A stretch of DNA of 60,110 nt, the filler included, from Sphacelaria rigidula (lineage: Eukaryota), in assembly GCA_964200075.2 (NCBI GenBank). It is 4 parts of 4 records of this genome, joined end to end, with 100 filler letters (N's around TTAATTAATTAA, not from the genome) between each part and the next. Parts side by side here need not be neighbours in the genome. Positions count along the whole stretch, not along the records: positions 15,062 to 30,013 come from CAXNAA020001977.1; positions 30,114 to 45,064 come from CAXNAA020001978.1; 2 more parts are not named here. One strand, written 5' to 3'. Position 1 is the stretch's first letter; every line of letters starts with the position of its first letter. The notes beneath the pieces were generated by a model. The model was not told the origin of the DNA, did no database searches, and saw nothing but the letters and a program-made list of their open reading frames with translations. This document shows, piece by piece, positions 23,701 through 35,300 of this stretch. The position numbers and the translations under genes are program-made.

Positions 23701-24899
23701 GGCGGTCATGGGTGGTGGTTACTGGTTAATCTCGTCCAACACATAACTTCCGCCATTTTGGTCTTGCACATCGCACATGACCGATACGGATCACTTTTTT
23801 TTCAAAACTATCGCCATACCCACCTCCCGTGCTCGCGGGGGTGTTTTCTCCTCGATCTGAGTCATCCAATTCCCGTCGGCACAGCCGCTAGCACCGTCAT
23901 CCCCCCTGTCCCCGCCCGCACTACCACAACATATCCCGCCACTCCCCCCGGCAGCTACCTCCGCCACAAGGTCGGGCATGGAAACGTCGCCGTCGCCGTC
24001 GTGCTCTCTAGCGGCGTCTGCGCCGGCTGCGGCAGCCGCGGAGGACGCCAGTTCCTTTGCACCAGCTACGCCATCAACGCGGTGATCGTGGCTCATGTCT
24101 TCTCCTCTTCGTAACCCCCCGACTGTCGCCGTGGTTGATGCTATTGGCGGCCGCTCTTCCGGCACTGCTGCTACTGCTGCTGCCGCCGCCGCTGCTGTTG
24201 CGGCGAGAGGAGTGGTTGTCGGCGGCGGTGTGATGGCTGGCGGCAACTCTGAGTCGTCTATGATGTCATCTACGTCGGAATGGTCACCAGAGTCGTTGGT
24301 GTTGTTGCCGTTTCTGGTAGCTGCTGCTACTGCCGCTGCCGTGACGGGGCTTGCTTTCACGGACGAAGGACGGGGCCGAGGAGGGCCAGCAGCGGAACCT
24401 CGCTGGATCGAAATGGCGAATAACAGACGGAGATACGGAATGAAAGGGTGCATGTGGGGGTACACGTATGGGTGGGGTGTACCTTCGTGTAATCAACGCA
24501 AAAAATAATAGTAATAACATCAAATATGTGATTGAAGGGGGGGAGGACGGAGGGGGGGGTGTACTCATGATCATGCATGCCATAGTCATAAGACCATTAG
24601 GAGGGAGGGAGGAAGGGGTTGAAAAAGACGCGACAACAAAAAATGACGATGCCAGATCGCAAGCATGTAATGCGTAGGCTAGGCCGGTGTAGCACCTTGT
24701 GCGGTGCTCGTGGCGCACGTTTCCGCGGGGCGGCGGGGTCGCGCGGTCGCCGAGGTTTCCTCGGCGCACGCTTCGCCTGCGTTGCTACAGCCTTCCTCCG
24801 CTCTCTGACGCACTCCTTCTTATCCTTTTTCTCGCTCACTTTCGAAACGGCGAGGCTGCTTTCATTCGCCATAGCCGCGTTTAGCATACGCGTAGCTGC
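17349..24899 (-). CDS. Multi-exon portion of a large, mostly low-complexity (Gly/Ala/Ser/Asp-rich) probably nuclear protein with a UBA-like segment and Cys pairs
   Basis: Phase-0 GT-AG exons 24899-24696 (basic, NLS-like KRAPRKPRRPR), 24402-23824, 22922-22689 (LKDMG...LLNRSKHDMDTAVLRFFE, UBA-like), possible 21235-21107, 20463-17920 (848 codons; KCYFCG and YWVCPNENC) and 17476-~17349. Further exons are likely at ~16625-16500. Gene ends are undefined. Confidence 0.7.
20667..20812 (-). mobile_element. LINE 3'-end stub, family A (APSRK..CVVNGQTSKASNK + poly-C)
   Basis: Matches 27575-27670 (+): GGATGCGTGATCAACTGTTAAACGACTAAGGCAGGCAACAAATGAGTACCCCCCC. Confidence 0.55.
21596..21820 (+). mobile_element. 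5'-truncated copy of the same SINE with a (CAA)-like tail
   Basis: Aligns by eye to ~55172-55395 and ends GGGACGACAACAACCACAAC. Confidence 0.75.
22130..22356 (+). mobile_element. Degenerate DNA-transposon fragment (CAGGG start, ACCCG/CGGGT subterminal motifs)
   Basis: Starts CAGGG like the 1190 element, with repeated GTACCCG/CCCGGGTA motifs. No partner TIR found. Confidence 0.35.
24550..24600 (-). mobile_element. LINE 3'-end stub, family B
   Basis: Same ~42-bp core next to a G/C run. Confidence 0.55.
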
Positions 24900-27574
24900 C
24901 TGCGGGGAAGGGAGAAGAAAAAAGAGAGGTTATCGATACGCTGCTGTGTGATGATCCTTCCGGAACAGTCTTCGATACGTCCTTCGACTAACTGTGACCA
25001 CAACACCCTTCAAACTCACAAACATCCATATTACTGTACCGGAGGACAAAAAGGTGAACGGGACGCGAGAACATGCGGGGGGGGGACGCAAGTCACTGCA
25101 CAGTTCGAGCATTCAACAAGTGAGCGAACACACAGTTATGGGTGGGACTGGAGGGCCTAACGACCAAAAATCAGCGGCAAAAAAAAAAAAAACAGAAGTG
25201 CGGAGGAATAATGAACACGTCAGAAGGTGGTCGCACCTGTGCCGAGGCCCTCTCGAGCAGAACACACGCTTCATCGCTTATAAACTTGGTTTACTATGGG
25301 ACAGCTCTAGCACGGGAGATCGCGCGGTTCTCGACACAGGAAGATAGCCAGCCCACGGCACTTCACACACCCCCGCATACACACGAGATCTAGGGGATTC
25401 TATTTCACATTTTCCTGGCGTCGCGCCAGCAGCGAGAAACCTCCCTCCCAGAGCGCAAAACACCTCATTTTTGTACGTTTGTGTTTGTTGCGGCTCAGCA
25501 TCACGCTCCAACGAAAAAGTGAAATAGGTTGACCTAGCTTGGGTGTGTGGGAACTGCACGCAAGAAACTGCAGCCCAATACTCTGCTTCGTCGCCGAGTT
25601 CTACGCGTTGCGCGATCGGCACTTTTGGGTTGAGGATTAGTATCTAGCGCTGTTAGAGGTCCAACATCGCATATTCAAAAAATTGGTGCGCATGTTGTTT
25701 TTTCTCGCCGCACGTTGTCACGACATGCAGTTTGGTTGCGTGTCGGCAGGCGCTGCTGCTTAGTTCTGTGCGGCTGTGCACAAAAGGCAATATCGCCTTT
25801 CAACAGCGAGTATTCCTTGAAGTGTCGAATTTCAGAGAGGGAGTTCACAGAAGAAATACCAAGCTAGCCGCTGCTTCGTGTCAGAGCTCCAGTGCAGAAG
25901 GCATGGCGTCTATCTAGAGCGATTGTAGCACTTGCACTGCCTTACATGTGCTGGCGACTCTTGTGATCATGTACTTAGTAATTGGCTGTTTATATATACT
26001 AATAGAAGACTGAGATGCAAACTATACGACGGTCGACAGCTTCGTTTTAGGCTGCATATTTTTTTCTTGCAGCAAGCAGTATGTGACGGTGTTTCACTTT
26101 GTGGTGTGCCGCCAGGTGCTGCTTCGTTCCGTACGGCTGTGCACAATCAGCAAATTAGCCTTTCAACAGCGAGTACCCTTCATGTATTGAGGTGCAGAGG
26201 GCGACGTAATACATGAATTTCGGCTGTTGGATCTGAGGGTTCCAGCGGAGAAACCAGGGCGCCAAGGGCGATCTTTATTTTAGACTACACACTGACAATG
26301 TATGAACAGGTCAGCAGAGCCACGATGTTTCAACTGACTGCCTGTACATACTGAAAATAATGTGTAAACCATGCGATTTACACCAACTTGCATCTTCGAC
26401 CAAATGTTATTTTTTGGCACCAATGTCACGACATTTGCTTTGGTGGCGGTCCGCCATGTGCTGCTCTGTTCTATGGGGATATGTACAAAGAACAACCTCA
26501 CTCAACATGAGCGAATGCCCTTTCACTCCTTGGCTTGCAGAGGACGAGTTCAACGATGGAACACGGCCGTCTTATGACAGACGTTTTCAAGACAGAACCC
26601 AAGGGATGCGCGACGCTGCTGCTCATGGTATCCAAATTTCCGTACTTTCTCGTTCTAGCACGATGTCGGGCACGCCTTTCACTGCAGATGCGTTGGTGTG
26701 TGGCGGCCACAAGTGCTGCTGTTCGTCTTCTTGTCTTGTTATATTCGCAATGGTGGTGAACGTGGGGTGGCAGCTCGGGGGCGTGCGCTTCCCGAGTAGT
26801 ACAGCAGCTGAACACTAGTGCACCAAGAGTTTCCACCCACTGATGATCTGGAGCGAGTTGTCCGGAGGAACAAAATCATCTCAACACCGAGCACTCACAG
26901 GCTCGAAGATATGTACCATGTTTATAGTACATTTTATATGAGCCAGGTCGTTGTTTCTGGGTGACTCGTGTATTTTTTACTAATATGATTCGCCTGATTA
27001 AGGTCCAGTTCTTACGCATATAGCGTTTGTGATCCATTTTCCCGAAACATAGTATCCAAAATCGGGCCCCAGTCCCACCCATAACAGTGCATATGACGGA
27101 AACATTCCGCAGACTGGTGTACCCGAAGCTGTCTACCACGATACTATTAAACAGAACGATATACAAAGAGAGACCCAAGAAACATAGACAAGATCAAGAG
27201 CCGAAAAATAAAACACACAAATTCGTTTTTTTTCAACACAACATACGAGTGGTGCCACGGTAAGGGTACCCGTTTCAGTCTCAGAGCTTTCTCAGGTTGC
27301 ACACTAAGGCCCAGATATTTCTCATCGAGAGGCTCCTATAACAGAGAGCCTCGGAAAAAAAAAGTGCACACCTACCATGCATGGCATCGACGAGCTACCA
27401 AGTCGGTGGTTTCTGTATGAACCGCACACTGACGTGTACAGCGGTGAGAAAAATAAAATAAAAAAAGCGCTGCTGCTTATCGAAGTGACGGACCACTAGA
27501 GAGGGGAGGGCGGTGGGGGAATCGAAATAATTTGGCTGTCTTCGTTGTTCAAAGACGAAAGCGCGGCCATGCGC

Positions 27575-27670
27575 GTGTGTGCCACTTCGATAGGATGCGT
27601 GATCAACTGTTAAACGACTAAGGCAGGCAACAAATGAGTACCCCCCCCCCCTCCCCCTCCCCCACCCCAC
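27575..27670 (+). mobile_element. LINE 3'-end stub, family A
   Basis: GCVINCxTTKAGNK* followed by a poly-C tract, homologous to 20738-20812. Confidence 0.55.
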
Positions 27671-28499
27671 CGCCCTCTCCTCTCTTTCAGGTAAAGCGTA
27701 TCTAACAGGGCACTCACGTGAGACTGAGGATTCGCGTCGTACAGCACCTATGAACAGATAACAGCATCATCTCGGAAAAAAAAAAATCAAGACGTACTAT
27801 TTTGTCCCCACCAGTTGCTATTTAGCACTCGATTTAGCACCGCGGGAGGAATCTCTGTGTAGGGGAGGGGCGCGCGCGCTAAATACGGGACTGGTACAAC
27901 GTACATACAGGCGAAGGAACGTATTCCGATAAGAATGACGTGAAATTTGGGGGGGACGGGGACGGAAATTAGACAGCCCTGTTATGGCCAGTTGCTTCGT
28001 TGATGAGTCGGTAGATTGATTGTTGTACATCAAATCATCTGATTCCAATGCAGTCATAGTACAAGATGAACATGTCTAAAAGTAAACACGCGGGAACCGA
28101 GAAATAGCTGACAACAGCGCCTATCACAGTCGCTGAAAAGGAAGACTCGGACACGGACTGGCGAGATATATCGCCCTCTTCCTTGTCATGCCACAAAAGC
28201 TACCACTGCATATCACAAGGCCTGCCTGCCGCATCAACGGGGAAAGGGGAATCTAGAGGGGTGATCACTCGCACTTCCCAACGAAATAATCGACAAAAAA
28301 AACGCCGTCAGCGACAGCCAGACTGTAACGACTGACTTATTTTCTTCAGGTGGTTCCGAGCTAGCCACGCCTGCAAATGTATTTACGTGAGCCATTCTCG
28401 TTCCCCGCATATAGTGGAATAGTTCGTAACAATGAGGGCTTTGTGTGATGTATACTTTCGACAAGATTTTCAGAGTTATCTTACATCCTTGGAGATCAA

Positions 28500-28699
28500 C
28501 CTTCCCCGGCTCGCTCGGACCATTTCCTCCGCCGTTGTGCCGAGGTCATCCACCTAACAGTTTGAAATGAGCATCGACGCCCACCAGGAACAAAAAAGCA
28601 GCGAATATAACAACGACAACGACGACAATTGAGGGGTGTACTCATGGACAACAATTGAGGGGGGGCGGGGGGAAAGCGGCGGCAGAAGCAGCAATGGTC

Positions 28700-28731
<32 letters not shown>

Positions 28732-28780
28732 GCAAGTGGCAGACGATAAAATCATTAGCAAACAAACAAACAAACAAACG

Positions 28781-28811
<31 letters not shown>

Positions 28812-29140
28812 TGTTCAGGACATGGAAGCTTCTTCCTGCACAAAAACACTCGAGAACTGGAAATACGACCCCACCTACCTACCTACCTACCTACCTACCT
28901 ACCTACCTACCTACCTACCTACCTACCTGTTTAAAAACCCACACCCACACCCACACCCACACAAAAAGAAGAGTACCTGACAGACAGCCTTGCCCAACCC
29001 GGCTCCCAATGCTCCCGCCTCCACAAGTTGCGCAGCGTTCTGGCTCTCCGCGACCTTTATTACCCGCTCGCGCTGAAGCCGAGACCACATCTCCTGCCCC
29101 TCTTGGACGGACGTGAAAGTCGATAAATCCTGCTCGGGAG
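28500..29140 (-). CDS. Two candidate internal exons (possibly upstream part of the gene above)
   Basis: ~29140-28977 reads ...EMWSRLQRERVIKVAESQNAAQLVEAGALGAGLGKAVCQ|gtac. It splices in phase 0 to ttag|VDDLGTTAEEMVRASRG at ~28554-28500. Confidence 0.45.
28690..28962. repeat. Compound microsatellite cluster (GCA)n, (CAAA)n, (CAA)n, (CCTA)n, (CACACC)n
   Basis: Directly visible tandem runs. Confidence 0.95.
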
Positions 29141-29368
29141 CTGGTCATGCCCCCAAGTGCATATTATTCAACGTACGCAGGGGGCGCGTACAGGACGGTA
29201 TCATATCATAATACGTGATCATGAACGTAGCAATATGAGCAAAACAAATTGGATATTGATATACGCGTATATATGTATCATATGCTATGATTATGATGTG
29301 ACGTGAAGTAACGAATCCAGCTCGGTGACGAGTTGGGGCAGCACGCGGTTGGGCTCTCCATGAAGCGT

Positions 29369-29660
29369 ACATTAAACAACGTTTTCGTGAGATTGAGAGT
29401 GGAGCGCTGATTGAGAGTGGCTTTGATCATTCGATTCAACTTAGCCGAGAAAAAAAAATCGTTTGTGCTTTTCATCGCCTGTCACTGGCGTGTGCTTACA
29501 GCTACACGTCGATATCCTACTCGGGGATATATCAAGGGGCCTCAAGCATATCGGGCCTCGTGGAGGGGCATCTCGAAACTGAAATCATTCATTCAATAAT
29601 TGACTGATTTCCACTTTCAATCGTATCCTCTACTGTCAATCTCACACAAACATTGTTATT
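29369..29660. mobile_element. ~290-bp MITE, family shared with 57328-57638
   Basis: Left end ACAACGTTTTCGTGAGATTGAGAGT; right end TACTGTCAATCTCACACAAACATTGTT. It is the reverse complement of the 57328 copy. Confidence 0.7.
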
Positions 29661-30013
29661 AGTGAGAAACGGTGATTTCTCCCTTGTGGCAGCTCACTAC
29701 TTGCCAAGAATGGGTACAGAGCTAAACAACTGCTCAAAACTAGGTTTTGATACAGCCTATAAATCATCAAGTGTCAGCAGCAGTACGTGACGTGCTGCAA
29801 TTGAACGCATAATGGAGTTTAGGAAAACGTTTTTTTTGTCATATTAGAGTGCAAATATCTCAGGATCAGAGTGTAAACGGAAAATTATTTCCCTCTCCGT
29901 CAAATGTAGTATTATTCCCTTACCTTGTTTTCGATGAGTTTTTTTTTTTTTTTTTTTTTTTTTTATTTTCTCATGTTTAGTTGAAGAATTTAAAAAAAAA
30001 AATCTTCTTGTTA

Positions 30014-30113
30014 NNNNNNNNNNNNNNNNNNNNNNNNNNNNNNNNNNNNNNNNNNNNTTAATTAATTAANNNNNNNNNNNNNNNNNNNNNNNNNNNNNNN
30101 NNNNNNNNNNNNN
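30014..30113. other. Artificial scaffold linker
   Basis: N44-TTAATTAATTAA-N44. Confidence 0.98.
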
Positions 30114-31171
30114 CCTTGAGACCACGGACTCATCCCGAGGAAGGGGAGGTGTTCAAAGTGTGAGGAACAAAGAACAATCCACACGTCAGACAGCTTTTGA
30201 GCTAGCTACCTGAAAATTACTTCTTATTAGAGTACTGTTCCGGATCATGAGCTGGCGCGTTTGGCCCCTTTTCCCACCTTTGCTCCCTGCAGCGCTGGAC
30301 GCCGAGCACGCGGAGTAGCGCAAAGGTAGAGATAGTGACAGCACTTTGGCTTCTCGTACCCCGCTACGACGTATTTTGTGTTGTTGGACGACGGATCTGA
30401 CAGTCCTCTTCGACTAGATACTTTGTGTAGCTCATGAGCTGTCCGACGTGTGAAATAATCACACTTCTCGCGACAACCGTAAAAAACTCGACACGAGGCG
30501 GGCCAAAAATCAACATCCACTGAACCGTCTTCAGACACGGGACGCCGAAGGGCGCCTTCAATGGTGGTGGACTTGAAAGTCAAGTAACTTACACGCGTTT
30601 CGCGCCAAAAAACGGATGCAGTCCAGCGGCTTATTGTGTACTTTCGACGTTACAAGATTTCATCCGGGGACCGTGCTCACCATCGGTCTCGTAATACACA
30701 TCTTTTGAGCTGGACGTGCCAACACAATAGTGAAAACTTTAGGCGCAACCCCTCGTGAGAACAGCATTATTTCCTACCCGCAACAATTTCCCGCCAGAAT
30801 TACCTCAATAACTACTCGTGAACACACATTGAGCTACATCGCTTCTATGAGCTTGGTCAGCGGATAGCGTTTCTTGTCTGTGATCGGGTGATGGCAGTGC
30901 TCGATTTGAGGATTAGGCGCTGAAATGTTGACACGACACTTTCATCATCAACACGCGCAACATTTCTCGGGAGGTCGAGGAAAAAAAAAAAAAAGCTAGA
31001 ACGATTTGAAATTCAGCAAAAACTGGAAAAATGTTCACAACTTCGTAAAAAAATAAAAACGGCGGCATCCTCAGGAACGTTGTTCGTACTTGCACACAGG
31101 AAATCCTGACGGAACTTCGGCTGAAAATTCCTAAATTTGGGCCTAGTGTCGCACTTTTGGTTGACACCGCT

Positions 31172-31240
31172 GCACCCCGGTGGTCCAACTGATACGCGAG
31201 CCTCCAATTAGACAGGTCACGAGTTCGAATCCCGACACGA
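31172..31240 (+). mobile_element. tRNA-like (Pol III A/B box) SINE head
   Basis: GCACCCCGGTGGTCCAACTG...GAGTTCGAATCCCGAC. A related head lies at 31971-32042. It does not fold as a full cloverleaf. Confidence 0.45.
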
Positions 31241-31970
31241 CCATTATTTGCCCCATAATTTGACAGTTTTTTTTCCCCAACTGTAAGAAAAAACGATCAC
31301 CATCAGGGATTGGGTCGAGGGAAATCGTTGCAGTCCCTGTTGGATACTTGCGGCTGTACTCGTTGTATGTGACAATCGGCTCTGAAGTCCCCTCCTATGC
31401 CCGCGCTGCTGACAAGTTTGATCCCATCTCGCCCCATGCCCAGCGCACTTTCGACTGTACGCGTCGAAATTGTCATACATTGTTCTGCCGCGTTTCCATG
31501 AAGTCCGCCGCGTTTCGTAAAAGAAAACTTGGCACACACGCTCACGCCATGAAATGAGACGCACCCGTTACTCAATGCAGTACAAAAAGGTCATCGCCAA
31601 AACTGTGTTTATGCGTCAATCGACCAGCAACGGAGCCGTGCATTACCAGGTTGGTCTTGAGTTCACAGCGATATGCTTCAATCGGGCTGATTCGGGACAC
31701 TTGAAAAGTTGTTGTGTGCCGTGCGTTTGTGAGTTCTTCGGCTGGCCCAGCTCGTACAATCTTCGAACGTTACGGGGGGAAGGGCTACGATTGATAAATC
31801 CTTTGCGGATGGTACATAGTACCATACACGTCGAGGCAAATGCGGTTGAGACTGTACCGCGCCCGGGGTGAAATTAGCATATTTTCCGGGATAACAGGCA
31901 GAGCGAGCCCCGCTGAGAATTAGTTCAGGGCGCTCACATCACGTGTCTCGGAGTTTCGAAGTTCCGACTC

Positions 31971-32042
31971 GCACCCTGGTGGTGTAATGGTCCAACTATC
32001 ACCACTACGGTGGAGAGAACATGAGTTCGAGTCCCGACGCGT
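31971..32042 (+). mobile_element. tRNA-like SINE head
   Basis: GCACCCTGGTGGTGTAATGGT...GAGTTCGAGTCCCGAC, with A- and B-box-like motifs. Confidence 0.45.
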
Positions 32043-32333
32043 TGGGTTTTTTCCTCGAGGAATCTGATTTCCACCGTCAAATCGTGAGGACGGGAGTAGA
32101 CAAGAAGTAATTGACGAAGCTCGCTTGACGAGAGCTGACGCTGTCCGGGAGTAGTGACTGTCATGATCCAATCCGCGACACTAAAATGCAAGGCGTGTGT
32201 ACCGGGGAGACATGGGTTGATTCTTTGACACCACTGACTCCTCCTGAGTAAGGGGAAGGGTTCAGAGTATGACAATTAAAAATAAAGAGGTGAACAAACG
32301 AACAGCCCGCACGACTACTTGCTCCGCACTCAC

Positions 32334-35300
32334 TTCACTTCCACTGGCCGTGAGCCGAAAGCCCCAAGCTCCCGCCGCGTCCCGCGGCTTGACTCCACTC
32401 TCCCCCGGGTCCACCCCCGACGTCTCGACTGCCGCGGCAGCCGCCGAGACGAAGCGAACGCTGAGTGCCTCCGCCATCACGACGATTGGGGGGGAACCTC
32501 CGACCCCCGGCCATATTTGGCCTGTGGATTCGTCGCCGGGGCTTTCACTCATACCACGAGCATGCTCGCTTTGGCGATATACAGTGGGGCATGGGCACAG
32601 TCGCCGGTGCCCGCCGGCTCCCCATGGCGTCCTCCAGCTGAGGATCAGTTGGTCGCCAGGCCGGGCAAATCGGGATCTTGGATCAAATGATATCTGCATG
32701 CGTGTGCGTGTTGTTGCCGATGACAAAAACGACGGCCGAAAAGATTTAGAAATGCACGCCTGTTTGCATGTTCAGAGGGATACTGGCGCGTAGGTATGAG
32801 AACCAGTGTAGTGAATCCTCCGTCGCTTTTTGGGCCCTTTTTACTTTCAGGACAGTGCTGACTACGGCTGAGTGTTGCGACCGGTACATACTGGTCAATA
32901 TAGTAGCAGTAGCACTGTTATCAGTATACACGCATGCTAGTAGCAGGGCACCTCATGCCCACGGCAGTATTTTGTGTTTTGTATCTTGCAACGCCCCTCT
33001 CTACGGCGGTCCCCGGCAACAGCAAAGGACACGTGAGTCCGCGTGTTCTTCGACTGCATTGTTCCCATTTTCTTCCCCACAACATTGGCATTCGTGCGCG
33101 TAGAACGCTGCCCGTTGGCGGTCAATGCTGGACTCGGATTGAAGAAAGTTGAACCCAAAACATGCGTTATTCTCGCCTACGGCGGGGGCCCCTCACCAGC
33201 AGGTGAGGGGCGCTTTTGTTCGGCCGGAAGGCCCCGCGGCTTGTGCATGCGACACTCGCCCAGTGGCTGGGGCTGCAACAGCACCTATATGATACTAGCG
33301 CATCGGGATCTTGACAAAAATGTATCTCCAGCACATGTTGTACTGATGAAAACCATTCATACGCAGCCATCATGGTGGCACATTTCGAGCGTAATTTGAT
33401 GCTACGCTTCACGTGATATTATTTCACTACCATAAAAGCTGCGCTACTATACCGGACTATTTGTACGGACTGTAGCGTGCTATACATAACATGATCAGTC
33501 GGGACGTCACCAGCTGCCGCATAAAAAGGTTGGGCCAGTGTGTCATCTCTCTCTGTTGCACAGTCTCTTCTGCTAAGATGCCTACCTGCACAACAACTAC
33601 AGTCAGTGCATACCGTACGCCGTTTCTTCGAAGCAATTAAGAGGGGATGGCGGCAGGTGGCAGGTGGAAAATGGTAGGATGAGAAGACTGCGCAGCAGCA
33701 GCTCTCTTGTGTGTTCCTATTGGTCGTTGGAGAAGGGTAAGATACGGCCTCGCTGCGAGATAAGCAATGATAGCACTTTATAGAAAGACATATTTCTAGT
33801 TTTGATCATCTTTGCGATCACCCCGCTTGTTCCCTGAATCTTTCCACGGGTGCCATGCCCTGCTCTCTTAAAAAAACTACACACCTCCCATGTTCACCCA
33901 AGGGACTCTCAGCGAAACTGCTGTCCCCCGACGAGGCTCGCAGTCGAAGAGTTAATTGCGATACAAATGTGTGATGGTGTGCCGTAGTTCAATGTATGAT
34001 AGTATGTCTTCATTTTATGGAACAACAAGCGCCCGCCGTGTGTGAACAGTGGGCAGCGTGCACGCCTATCGTAAGGAAGGTATGAAGCTTCTGATTATGA
34101 AGCACCACGCCGCCGTTTCTCCCACACTGTAGTGGGTGAGTTTGTACATTTCACTGGTTTAACCCACCTCGACAGTTTCGGCGCCCTTGATGACGAGCGG
34201 CCAGCTACGGTCTTCTCCCGGTCGATACGGATGTTCTGATTCGACTACGCACTTCAGATCTGACACAGTCTCCAGCGGTGAATACGACGGACCTTCGAGC
34301 AGTTTGGTGTGCGACAAGTGCCGGAGGGTGACAGGGGACAACCACGTTGAAGCAGCGACAATCAACAGACGAACGAACAAAAGGCGGGACCCACCCTAGA
34401 TCTGATCAAGCTCAGGGAACCCACTCTCGAGCGAGCACGCGCCGAGCACAACTCGCAACCCGATGTCGTTTTCGCCCCCTCCACCACTACACCCAACACC
34501 ATGCAACGACTTCCCGCGCACAACCGCCATACCTCGGCAAGATCGCAACACGTACCGTTAAATTCAGCGTCGGATTCCAGCAAAGCGCTCAACTGTGGAA
34601 CGAATTCTTGGGCGTGTGCCATCAAGGAGCGCACAAGCGCAGGAGGAACCCGCGCGGAAACAACACGGACCCGGTCGACCGGAAGGGTAGACGCACGAGC
34701 CCCGCACTGGCTACCCCCACGACCCCCACCAACAGTCGCCACCGTGACCAATTCGCCACATCTATCAACTTGGGGCGAAGCAACAGGCGAGGAAACGCAG
34801 GAGTTGGTAGCAATTGCGGGAAGAGTCGCAGTCGTGGGTACTGCTGCGGTCGCGATGTTGGCCTCGAGAGAGCGCTGGGCAGGGGGTGTCGATCCTTCTC
34901 CAGTCACCGTTGTGTCTACGAGAACGTCGGGCGAAAGCCTTCCTGGGCCGTGCCATCGTCCCCGCCGCCGTAAATGCGGCATAGGATGTGTCAAAATCTG
35001 TAGACCATCCCAAAGGCCACGGTGCGCTTGATAAAGCCCGCGCGCCTCACCCGCCTCGTCCGTATGCACCGCCGCTGCCCCAGCCGTCATCTGTTCTGGT
35101 TCGCTCGCCGTGCTGTCCGTGTCTCCCGCAGGAGTGTCGCCTGCGTCCAAAGTTTCACCTCCGCCGCCAGCGCCGGGGATGTCTTCGAGCGGAACAACGA
35201 TGTCAAGAACCACCGCACCAGGGTCGGCGCGATCGCGCTGGAGAAGCTGCTGAAACCTGCCAGATATACATTCCCATCTCATCTCGAGACGCTTGCGACG

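Noticed and set aside
31971..32042. tRNA gene
   Set aside because: A and B boxes are present but there is no acceptor or anticodon stem pairing; treated as a SINE head.
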